IMG/VR virus record: IMGVR_UViG_3300049893_001276
Coordinates: 1-44,169 of that record
Source: a virus
Taxonomy: Duplodnaviria > Caudoviricetes
Length of the DNA: 44,169 nt
Strand: one strand, 5' to 3'
Shown here: in pieces, positions 28,213-36,297 of the stretch
Position numbering within the stretch: position 1 is the stretch's first letter
Layout: each line of letters begins with the position of its first letter
Notes under the pieces: generated by a model
Databases searched by the model: none
Told to the model about the DNA's origin: nothing
The model's input: only the letters and a program-made list of their open reading frames with translations
Made by a program: the position numbers and the translations under genes

Positions 28213-28499
28213 TTCAGGCGCTTAAGAAGCAGGAGGGCGGGCGGCACTACAAGGACATGGCGATCCAGCCGGTTGAGTACATCCACAAAAACGGCCTGGG
28301 TTTCATCGAGGGCTGCGTGGTCAAATACGTCAGCCGCTGGCGGAGTAAGGGTGGAGTCGAGGACCTTCGGAAGGCCCGGCATTTTATCGATATGCTCATC
28401 GAACTAGAGGAGGACAATGGAAAGCTTCAGGAACAGGCTCACGGAAAAGGAGCGGTTGCCTTACATGAGACAGCGAGCGATGATGCCGCCGGCATTTGA
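28209..28499 (+). CDS. DUF3310 / T7 gp1.7-like nucleotide kinase domain
   Basis: Q.GG.HY...IQP.EYI....F.EG...KY..R...K.G.EDL.KA. Confidence 0.85.
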   Translation: MIQALKKQEGGRHYKDMAIQPVEYIHKNGLGFIEGCVVKYVSRWRSKGGVEDLRKARHFIDMLIELEEDNGKLQEQAHGKGAVALHETASDDAAGI

Positions 28500-28593
28500 C
28501 GACGCCGACGGGATTTCCCTGCACGTTTTCGCCTGCGTTCTGTGCGCGCTGTCCGGGTTTATCCTCGGGCTGTGCACGAGGCTGTTTTGGTAA
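28417..28593 (+). CDS. Small membrane protein (58 aa)
   Basis: Manually translated; SD gaggagg; C-terminal TM LHVFACVLCALSGFILGLC; TAATG coupling to VRR-NUC. Confidence 0.55.
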   Translation: MESFRNRLTEKERLPYMRQRAMMPPAFDDADGISLHVFACVLCALSGFILGLCTRLFW

Positions 28594-28958
28594 TGAAAGA
28601 AACCCCGTTGATGCACGAGATTATGGTGGAGGCGAGCCGTGCTGGACTGCGGCTCTGGCGCAACAACGTGGGTCTATTTAACACCGATGACGGGCGCAAA
28701 ATCCGGACGGGCCTTTGCGTAGGCTCAAGCGACCTAATCGGGCTGGCGCCTATGGTGGTCACGCAGGCTATGGTCGGGCGGAGGGTTGCAATTTTCACGG
28801 CGGTTGAGGTAAAGGTCAAGGGGCGCAAGGCGGAGGGCGGACAGCCTGCGTTCCTGGCGGCGGTTAAGGAGGCGGGTGGGATCGCGGTGGTCGCACACAG
28901 CGTAGCGGAGGCATTAGAACAGATCGGCGGGTGGGAATGGGAAGCCATGAAAAAATAG
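28593..28958 (+). CDS. VRR-NUC nuclease
   Basis: LWRNNVG...G..GSSDLIG...A.EVK...Q..FL..V...GG.A.V..S. Confidence 0.88.
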   Translation: MKETPLMHEIMVEASRAGLRLWRNNVGLFNTDDGRKIRTGLCVGSSDLIGLAPMVVTQAMVGRRVAIFTAVEVKVKGRKAEGGQPAFLAAVKEAGGIAVVAHSVAEALEQIGGWEWEAMKK

Positions 28959-31150
28959 ATTTTCAGGGGCTCGCGGAGGAGCTTCTTAGTAGGGCCAGCA
29001 GCCTGCTCCCGCATTGGCTGCCGGGCGGATCACAGCGCGGGACAGAGTACGTTTGTGGGAACCTTTCAGGCGGGAAGGGCACGTCCTGCAGCATCAACAC
29101 ACGAACGGGCCGGTGGGGGGACTTCGCCACCGACCAAAAGGGCGGTGACCTAATTTCCCTCTATGCCGCCATCCATCAGTGCTCGCAGTACGACGCGGCG
29201 GTCGAGCTTATGCGCTCTGAGGGCATAGGCCAGGCGTCGAAAATCATCCGAAGCGTTCCTGCTAGAATCGAACCAGAGACCCAAGCCGTGTCGAAGCCTC
29301 CGCTCGGCACGGCTGCCCCGGACATGGTCCACCGTCAACACGGAGCACCTACAACCGCCTGGTGCTACAAGGACCGGTCCGGGGCCCCTATTTTTTGGGT
29401 TGCCCGCTACGAAACGCCCGACGGCAAGCTGATCCTGCCGTGGTCCTGGGCGGGGGACCGTTGGGTAATGAGAGGCCAGCCGGTTCCGCGGCCGCTATAC
29501 GGCCTGGAGGTTCTGGAGCAGCGTCCGAGCGCGCCGGTGCTTATCGTCGAGGGTGAGAAGGCGGCGGAGGCAGCCAGGACGCTATGCGGGCACATTTACG
29601 CGGTAGTCACATGGCCCAACGGCTCCAAGGCGGTTAGCAAGGTCGACTGGACGCCGGTGTTTGGCCGCAGCATTCTGATCTGGCCAGACGCGGACGCTCC
29701 TGGTCGGGAGTGCGCCATCGAGATCGCTGAGACCCTGCGGGCGCACTGCCCGGAGGTAAAGGTCCTCGGTCCCGATGATAAGCCAGATGGCTGGGACGCG
29801 GCCGATGCCGTAGCCGAGGGCTGGGACTGGCCGAAAATGCGCGAGTGGGCGAAGGCTCACGTGTCGGTCTACAACGTGCTGGTGGTCCAGCAGAATACGA
29901 CGAACAACTACACATCCGAGGACGAGGACGCCGGCGAGGTCCCTGCCTCGCTGCACGCAATATGGGACAAGCTGGGCGTTCCGGTAGCCGGCAACGGGCA
30001 GCCGATCTGCAACCTAGACGCCGCCACGCGTGTGCTGCAGAACCATCCCTCCTTTAACACATCGATCTGGTTCGACGAATTCCACGGCCGGTACTTCACC
30101 ACATGGCTTACCGAAGGGCGTCCGGTCGAGTGGAGCGATGTCTACGATATCTGGCTGGCTCAGTATATGCAGCGGGACCTTGGTATGCGGAAGATCACCG
30201 ACGAGATGGTCCGCAAGGCTATCGTCGGGCACGCAAATAGGAGCCGGCGCAACGAGCCGCTTGAGTGGATGGAGCATCTATCCTGGGACGGCCAGGCACG
30301 CATCGAGCGGTTCTTTAGCGACTGCCTTGGGGCGGCGGACTCGCAGTACGCGCAGGCGGCCTCGAAGAACTGGTGGGTGTCGATGGTCGCGCGCGTTTAC
30401 AGGCCGGGCTGTAAGGTCGACAACATGGTGATCCTGGAGGGCGCCCAGGGGCGGTACAAGTCAACGGCGCTTGGCATCATCGGTGGGCGCTGGTACACCG
30501 AAGCCCACGAGTCCGTGACCAGCAAGGACTTCTATATGCTGCTCCAGGGCAAGCTGATTGTCGAAATATCCGAGCTCGACTCCTTCAACAAGGCCGAGGT
30601 CACGAAGATCAAGCAGGTGATCTCCTGTCAGACCGACCGCTTCCGCCCACCGTATGGCCGCGTTTCCGCCGACTTTCCGCGACGTTGCGTTTTCGTAGGC
30701 TCCACCAACGAGGACGCCTACCTGCGCGATCCTACCGGCGCGCGGCGCTTCTGGCCCATAAAAACAGGGCGCATAGACATCGAGCGGATTAGGACCGACC
30801 GAGAGCAGCTATTTGCCGAGGCGGTGGTCGCCTTTAAGGCGGGTGCTACCTGGTATGAAATGCCCGACACGGCCATCGAGGTCCAGGAGAGCCGCCGGCA
30901 GGTCGATGAGTGGGAGGCGCCTATCAGCGCCTTCGTGTCCGGGCGCTTCCAAACGACCTCCGTTGAGATAGCAACCGACGCCCTAAACCTTGATGTGTCC
31001 CGCCTGGATATGCTGGCGCAAAAGCGCATCGCTGGGATCATGGCCGGGCTATCTTGGACGAGGGATATTGTACGCGACGGCGAGCGCACGCTTCGTGTTT
31101 GGAACCGACCCCAGGCTAGGGTGGCGGTCCCGGACGATGAGCCGTTTTAG
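28937..31150 (+). CDS. TOPRIM primase fused to VirE/VapE-type P-loop helicase
   Basis: VEGEKAA, PDAD..G, WD.AD; GCK.D...ILEG.QG..KST, EL D, R.PYGR, G.RRFWPI. Confidence 0.9.
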   Translation: MGSHEKIDFQGLAEELLSRASSLLPHWLPGGSQRGTEYVCGNLSGGKGTSCSINTRTGRWGDFATDQKGGDLISLYAAIHQCSQYDAAVELMRSEGIGQASKIIRSVPARIEPETQAVSKPPLGTAAPDMVHRQHGAPTTAWCYKDRSGAPIFWVARYETPDGKLILPWSWAGDRWVMRGQPVPRPLYGLEVLEQRPSAPVLIVEGEKAAEAARTLCGHIYAVVTWPNGSKAVSKVDWTPVFGRSILIWPDADAPGRECAIEIAETLRAHCPEVKVLGPDDKPDGWDAADAVAEGWDWPKMREWAKAHVSVYNVLVVQQNTTNNYTSEDEDAGEVPASLHAIWDKLGVPVAGNGQPICNLDAATRVLQNHPSFNTSIWFDEFHGRYFTTWLTEGRPVEWSDVYDIWLAQYMQRDLGMRKITDEMVRKAIVGHANRSRRNEPLEWMEHLSWDGQARIERFFSDCLGAADSQYAQAASKNWWVSMVARVYRPGCKVDNMVILEGAQGRYKSTALGIIGGRWYTEAHESVTSKDFYMLLQGKLIVEISELDSFNKAEVTKIKQVISCQTDRFRPPYGRVSADFPRRCVFVGSTNEDAYLRDPTGARRFWPIKTGRIDIERIRTDREQLFAEAVVAFKAGATWYEMPDTAIEVQESRRQVDEWEAPISAFVSGRFQTTSVEIATDALNLDVSRLDMLAQKRIAGIMAGLSWTRDIVRDGERTLRVWNRPQARVAVPDDEPF

Positions 31151-31483
31151 TGAAATATCACCATAACTGCTTACTTATCATAGTAGCGTAATAATATCAC
31201 CAAAAACAAATATAAACCGAAATGAGTAGCACAAATATTTCAATCCGGTCTAAAGTAGTGAAAATCGTGTACTTTGAGCCTGTACCTGTAACACTCGATG
31301 TGCCTATAAATAAAAGACTTGTGACTGTATCCGCTGTTACACCATATTCTGTAAGTAGTAGGTATATTATATATATATACTACTATCCGTAATAAGTAGC
31401 GATTTAGTTGTTGTAAAACTAGAAACTTTACAGCCCATTTTTTGGTCCGAGGTGTAACATAAAAAAGGAGGCAAGAAAAGAAA
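31151..31483. other. AT-rich non-coding region, putative replication origin
   Basis: Sharp GC drop directly after the primase-helicase; AATATCACCA x2, TGTAAC/GTTACA repeats, (TA)n palindrome. Confidence 0.55.
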
Positions 31484-31699
31484 ATGCGATACCTGCATAA
31501 CCACCAACCGGATAACTATACCAGCTCCCTGCGGTACGGCTGGGAACGCCTCGAGGTCGGGGATACCCTCGAGATCGTAGGCCCCGCGCTGGCCGACAAC
31601 GTCTACGAGTCGCTGCGGCGCTTCAGCAAAAAGCACGGCTGCGATTTTGACGTCACGTTGCTAAAACCGCAGCACTTCGTGGTTAAGCGGGTGTCATGA
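31484..31699 (+). CDS. Hypothetical protein
   Basis: SD aggagg; Y.W..L.VGD...I motif of small phage DNA-binding proteins. Confidence 0.6.
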   Translation: MRYLHNHQPDNYTSSLRYGWERLEVGDTLEIVGPALADNVYESLRRFSKKHGCDFDVTLLKPQHFVVKRVS

Positions 31700-32070
31700 T
31701 GGGCGGCGACGTTTTCGTTCACACGTGCGCCCGCTGTGGGCATCGTTGGGGCTCTAGGAGTGAGCTGCCTATGAGCTGCGCTGGGTGTAAGGCAAAGGCA
31801 TGGTGGCGCATCGCTGGGGTTGTTGGCAGGCCGGCCGCTCCGGGGAAGAAGCGAACAGGGCGGAAGCCTCGCTACCCGGAGCTCTATAGGCTGGGCCCAG
31901 GGGAGTCTGCGGTCCTGCCGTGGCGGAGGCACCCATCCGGTGCGATCATCGATGGGCCGTACATCAACCAGGCTATCGCCCACGCGCACCGGAGGACCGG
32001 CTACGTGTTCATGGCGACGGCCTCCGAGGCGGGGGTTCTGGTTACGAGGAAGAGCGAGGCCATTGCATAA
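31696..32070 (+). CDS. Zn-ribbon hypothetical protein
   Basis: C.RCGH.W......P..C..CK...W. Confidence 0.6.
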   Translation: MMGGDVFVHTCARCGHRWGSRSELPMSCAGCKAKAWWRIAGVVGRPAAPGKKRTGRKPRYPELYRLGPGESAVLPWRRHPSGAIIDGPYINQAIAHAHRRTGYVFMATASEAGVLVTRKSEAIA

Positions 32071-32091
32071 ACTGCAACGCGGTGTTACTCT
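32063..32091 (+). promoter_or_regulatory. Putative promoter TTGCAT-N17-TACTCT (extended -10)
   Basis: 10 nt upstream of the methyltransferase ATG. Confidence 0.5.
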
Positions 32092-32101
32092 TAGGGTAGA
32101 A

Positions 32102-33286
32102 ATGAAACTAGAACAGGTCCCTCTCTCTCGCCTGAAGCCGTGGGACAAAAACCCGCGGATCAACGACGCCGCAGCAGAGCGCCTCGCAAAGCTCATCGAG
32201 GCCCACGGGTTTATCAACCCAATCGTCGCCACGCCCGATGGCATCATCCGCGCAGGGCACACCCGCTACAAGGCAGCGCAACACCTAAAGCTAGCAACCG
32301 TCCCGGTCCTGTTTGTCGACTTCGCCTCCGAGGCCAAGGCCAGCGCCTATGCTCTAGCAGACAACAAGAGCTCGGAGTGGGCTGAGTGGGATATGGAGCA
32401 GGTAGCCTCCGTCCTCGACGACATACGGCGCAGCGACGTGCAGCTATTCGAGACAGGCTTCTCTGCCGAGGAGATCGAGCGATTGTTCCACGTGGAACAC
32501 GAGGGCATCGGCTCCGATCCGGACGACGTGCCGTCGCTGCCCGATACCCCGCGCACAAAGCGAGGCGACCTATACCAGCTCGGCCGGCACAGGCTCGTGT
32601 GCGGGGACGCTACAGATCACGGCGACGTCGAGCGTCTTATGGGCACGACGATTGCAGACATAGTGTTCACCGACCCACCGTACAACGTCGATTACGAAGG
32701 AAAGACGAAGGACGCTTTGAAGATAAAAAACGACGCGATGGGGAGCGAGCAGTTTAGAGATTTTCTCAAGGAGTCGTTTTCGAATATGATCGCGCACACC
32801 AAGGCCGGCGGCGCGATCTACGTCACGCACGCCGACATGGAGGGATACAACTTCCGCGGCGCATTCACCGACGCAGGCTGGATGCTAAAGCAATGCCTGG
32901 TGTGGGTGAAGCAAACGATCGTGATGGGACGGCAGGACTACCACTGGCAGCACGAGCCGATCCTCTACGGCTGGGCGCCCGGCGCCGCGCATACGTGGAA
33001 CACCGACCGCAAGCAATCTACCCTCCTTAACTTCGACCGACCAACGCGCTCCGAAGAACACCCCACCATGAAACCAGTCGCCCTCATCGAGTACCTGCTA
33101 GGGAACAGCTCGTTTGATGAGGCGGCAGTCATGGACCTATTCGGCGGCAGCGGCTCTACAATGATCGCCTGCGAGATGAGCAAGCGGCGTGCGTTTCTGC
33201 TGGAGCTCGACCCTGCCTATTGCGACGTGATCATCGAGCGCTGGGAGCGGTTCACAGGGAAGAAAGCCGAGCGCATCAATGCCTGA
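32102..33286 (+). CDS. ParB-like domain fused to beta-class N6/N4 DNA methyltransferase
   Basis: NPR...GF.NP...AGH.R..AA...LADNK; TDPPY, HPTMKP, DLFGGSGST. Confidence 0.92.
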   Translation: MKLEQVPLSRLKPWDKNPRINDAAAERLAKLIEAHGFINPIVATPDGIIRAGHTRYKAAQHLKLATVPVLFVDFASEAKASAYALADNKSSEWAEWDMEQVASVLDDIRRSDVQLFETGFSAEEIERLFHVEHEGIGSDPDDVPSLPDTPRTKRGDLYQLGRHRLVCGDATDHGDVERLMGTTIADIVFTDPPYNVDYEGKTKDALKIKNDAMGSEQFRDFLKESFSNMIAHTKAGGAIYVTHADMEGYNFRGAFTDAGWMLKQCLVWVKQTIVMGRQDYHWQHEPILYGWAPGAAHTWNTDRKQSTLLNFDRPTRSEEHPTMKPVALIEYLLGNSSFDEAAVMDLFGGSGSTMIACEMSKRRAFLLELDPAYCDVIIERWERFTGKKAERINA

Positions 33287-33737
33287 GCCTATTGTTCCAT
33301 TCGAGGAGCTCGCACCGATTGAGCGATCCAAGATCAGCCTGAAGGTTTTCGAGCTATTCAAGGCCGGCTATACGCCGCGCCAGATTGCCATGTACGTCGG
33401 TTATAGCGAACAGCAGACCCGCGAGCTGTTGGCGGAGGAACAGGCAGCCATCGTCAAGGACTTCATCGAGGACCAGGACAAGGCGCGCAGGCTAGACCTA
33501 AACCGCCTCGATGATATGCTCCGCGCCGTTTACTCCAACGCAGTCAAGGGCAACCTCAACGCTGTCGACCGTGTGCTGAAAATACTAGAACGCCGCGCGA
33601 AGTACCTCGGGACAGACCAACACGTCGACAAATTCCAAATGGGCGGCAAGGTCACGCTTGAGCAGCTCGTCCTGTCGTCCATGAAAGAGGGGGACAATGG
33701 AGCCGAAGAAAAACCGGACGCTTCTCAGGCGCCCTAA
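33279..33737 (+). CDS. Terminase small subunit (putative)
   Basis: N-terminal HTH, L.RLD.M...A..G...A.DRVLKI.ERRAK.LG; upstream of TerL. Confidence 0.65.
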   Translation: MPEPIVPFEELAPIERSKISLKVFELFKAGYTPRQIAMYVGYSEQQTRELLAEEQAAIVKDFIEDQDKARRLDLNRLDDMLRAVYSNAVKGNLNAVDRVLKILERRAKYLGTDQHVDKFQMGGKVTLEQLVLSSMKEGDNGAEEKPDASQAP

Positions 33738-33891
33738 TCAGAGCAAGCTGTACGGATGGGTGTGCCCATCGTGTGGGCGAGGAAATGCCCCATCTACGGA
33801 AACGTGTCCATGCGGGCCGCTGGTAATAACCACAACGCACACCGGCGACCCGTTCACGATGCCGGCAAACGCGACCGCTTGCGCGATCTGA
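33697..33891 (+). CDS. Small Zn-finger protein
   Basis: GW.CP.CGR..AP....CPC; SD gagggg. Confidence 0.5.
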   Translation: MEPKKNRTLLRRPNQSKLYGWVCPSCGRGNAPSTETCPCGPLVITTTHTGDPFTMPANATACAI

Positions 33892-33892
33892 A

Positions 33893-35314
33893 ATGCTAGA
33901 GGAGGCGGCGGAACGTATCCGGGTCTGGCGCGAGGACCCCGTCCGCTTCGTGGTTGAAGAACTAAAGGCGGAGCCCGACTCGTGGCAGGTAGAGGGGCTC
34001 CAAGCCTTCCGCAAGACAAAGCGAATGTCGCTTAAGGCGTGCAAGGGCCCTGGCAAAACGGCCTTCCTGTCGTGGATCGCGTGGAACTTCCTGGCAACGC
34101 GTCCGCACCCAAAGATGGTCGCCACGTCAATCACAGGCGACAACCTCAACGACAACCTATGGCCTGAGATGGCCAAGTGGCAGTCCCGCAGCGAATTCCT
34201 AAAGCAAACCTTCACCTGGACCAAGACGCGCATCTTCTCGAACCAGCATCCCGAAACGTGGTTTATGTCCGCGCGCACCTGGCCCAAGAGCGCCGACCAA
34301 ACGCAGCAGGCGGACACCCTAGCAGGGCTGCACGCAGACTTCCTGCTGTTTATTCTCGACGAGGCCGGCGGCATCCCCGACGCAGTTGCAGCTACGGCCG
34401 AGGCTGGTCTGGCCACCGGCATCGAGACCAAGATCGTTATCGCCGGCAACCCCACGCACCTAGAGGGGCCGCTGTACCGCTCGTGCACGACGGAGCGGCA
34501 CCTGTGGCACGTCATCGAGATTACCGGTGACCCGGATGATCCGCGACGCTCGAAGCGTATCTCCGAGCAGTGGGCGCGCGAGCAGATCGAGAAATACGGC
34601 AAGGACAACCCGTGGGTGCTGGTGAATGTTTTCGGGAAATTCCCGCCGAGCAGCATCAACACCCTTCTAGGTCCGGACGAGGTGCAGGCGTCTATGCGGC
34701 GCACGCTGCGGGAGGACGCCTACTCCTGGGCGCAGAAGCGCCTTGGAGTGGACGTTGCTCGCTTTGGTGACGACCGCAGCGTGATATTCCCGCGCCAGGG
34801 CTTGGCTTCGTTCCGCCCGGCAATCATGCGAAACGTCCGCACGACCGACATTGCCGCGCGCGTTATCCTTGCCCTCTCTCGGTGGAACGCCGAGATCACC
34901 CTGGTGGACGACAGCGGGCATTGGGGCCACGGCGTGATCGATAACCTAATAACCAGCGGGGCGCCAGCCATCCCGATCCTCGGGGAGTCGCCGGCGATCA
35001 ACCCGCGATACTTCAACAGGCGCACTGAGATGTGGCTGGAGATGGCCGAGTGGGTAAAGCGTGGCGGGGCCCTACCGAACATCCCCGAGCTCGTTCCAGA
35101 GCTTACTGCACCAACGTACACATTCCTGAACGGCAAATTCCAGCTGGAGCCAAAGGACCAGATCAAGAAACGCCTGGGCAACTCTCCGGACATAGCGGAC
35201 GCTCTGGCGCTTACATTTGCCATTCCGGATATGCCGGCGAACTCGGCGACGCTGGCTGGACGACAAGGCAAGCCTTCAAACCATCATTCAGACTATGAGC
35301 CCACAGAAACGTGA
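33893..35314 (+). CDS. terL: Terminase large subunit
   Basis: Walker A KGPGKT, Walker B FILDEA, GNPT, nuclease GVDVARFGDD, SPD.ADALALTF. Confidence 0.95.
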   Translation: MLEEAAERIRVWREDPVRFVVEELKAEPDSWQVEGLQAFRKTKRMSLKACKGPGKTAFLSWIAWNFLATRPHPKMVATSITGDNLNDNLWPEMAKWQSRSEFLKQTFTWTKTRIFSNQHPETWFMSARTWPKSADQTQQADTLAGLHADFLLFILDEAGGIPDAVAATAEAGLATGIETKIVIAGNPTHLEGPLYRSCTTERHLWHVIEITGDPDDPRRSKRISEQWAREQIEKYGKDNPWVLVNVFGKFPPSSINTLLGPDEVQASMRRTLREDAYSWAQKRLGVDVARFGDDRSVIFPRQGLASFRPAIMRNVRTTDIAARVILALSRWNAEITLVDDSGHWGHGVIDNLITSGAPAIPILGESPAINPRYFNRRTEMWLEMAEWVKRGGALPNIPELVPELTAPTYTFLNGKFQLEPKDQIKKRLGNSPDIADALALTFAIPDMPANSATLAGRQGKPSNHHSDYEPTET

Positions 35315-35463
35315 CGACCGACCCAGGTACTGTGTACACGGAGCAGAGCGCAGGTGGTGTACTCGCTGTCGTTATGGCCCGCTTTTCGATGAGCCAGAGG
35401 ACGGAGAGCAGGACGTGGTTGATTTCATGAGCAGGCACGACAGACCTGTCAAGTAGTTTTTGA

Positions 35464-35492
35464 TTGTGCTGGATTGTTTTTCGCGTTAGGAT
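35464..35492 (+). promoter_or_regulatory. Putative promoter TTGTGC-N17-TAGGAT
   Basis: T-rich intergenic gap upstream of the GNAT/portal block. Confidence 0.4.
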
Positions 35493-35509
35493 AGTACAAA
35501 GGGGGATAG

Positions 35510-35968
35510 ATGCGCTTTCAAAAGGAGTCATTCACTGAGGAGCTCTTTGAAGAAGCCTATCCCCTTTTGTTCCAGCATTGGCGCGAGATCGCGCACTATC
35601 AAGACATCCCTCTAGACCCAAACCTTGAAGGCTACATGGCCGCCAACGAAGCCGGCGGCCTGCGCGTTTATACAGCGCGCGACAACGAGGGCGTGCTCGT
35701 AGGGTACGCGGTTTTTATCGTTCGGCGTAACCTACACTACAGCTCATCCCTGCAGGCTATCCAGGACATTCTCTACATCGCACCCACCAGGCGCGGCCTG
35801 GGCGGGTACTTCATCCACTGGTGCGACGACCGGCTCAAGGAAGAGGGCGTCCAGGTCGTGTACCACCACGTGAAGGAAGCGCACAATTTCGGCGCGCTCA
35901 TGGAGCGCCTCGGCTATGAACTCGTCGACCACATCTACGCTCGGAGGCTTGACCAGAATGGGAGTTAG
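35510..35968 (+). CDS. GNAT-family acetyl/acyltransferase
   Basis: R...LVGY...DILYIAP.RRG.G...L...GV...L..RLGY. Confidence 0.85.
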   Translation: MRFQKESFTEELFEEAYPLLFQHWREIAHYQDIPLDPNLEGYMAANEAGGLRVYTARDNEGVLVGYAVFIVRRNLHYSSSLQAIQDILYIAPTRRGLGGYFIHWCDDRLKEEGVQVVYHHVKEAHNFGALMERLGYELVDHIYARRLDQNGS

Positions 35969-36296
35969 CGCGGCTATCATTACAGCGGCTGTTGTCGGGG
36001 GGTCAACCGTGTACGCGGCAAACCAATCAAACAAGGCTCAAAAGCAGGCCGCCAACCAGAGCGCTGACCAGGGGCGAACCGCCGAGCGATTGCAGAACGA
36101 GCTGATCTCGCGCCAGGACGAGCAGGTTAAAGGCGCAGAGAGCGAGGCGGCCAACACGACCGCACGCGATGAGGCAAAGCGTCGGCAGCGCCAACGCTCG
36201 GTTGGTGCAACCGGTCGGCGCGACACAATCCTGACCAGCCCGCTTGGGCTCGTTGGCCAGGCAAGCGCAACCGGTAAGACACTGCTGGGGCAGTAA
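35958..36296 (+). CDS. Small virion protein preceding the portal
   Basis: Hydrophobic N-terminus and GR..TILT.P.G......KTLLG C-terminus typical of BPP-1/epsilon15-like phages. Confidence 0.75.
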   Translation: MGVSAAIITAAVVGGSTVYAANQSNKAQKQAANQSADQGRTAERLQNELISRQDEQVKGAESEAANTTARDEAKRRQRQRSVGATGRRDTILTSPLGLVGQASATGKTLLGQ

Positions 36297-36297
36297 C

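Noticed and set aside
31154-31202. Lambda-type operator sites (TATCACC)
   Set aside because: Only half-sites in direct orientation, no 17-bp palindrome, and no CI-like gene
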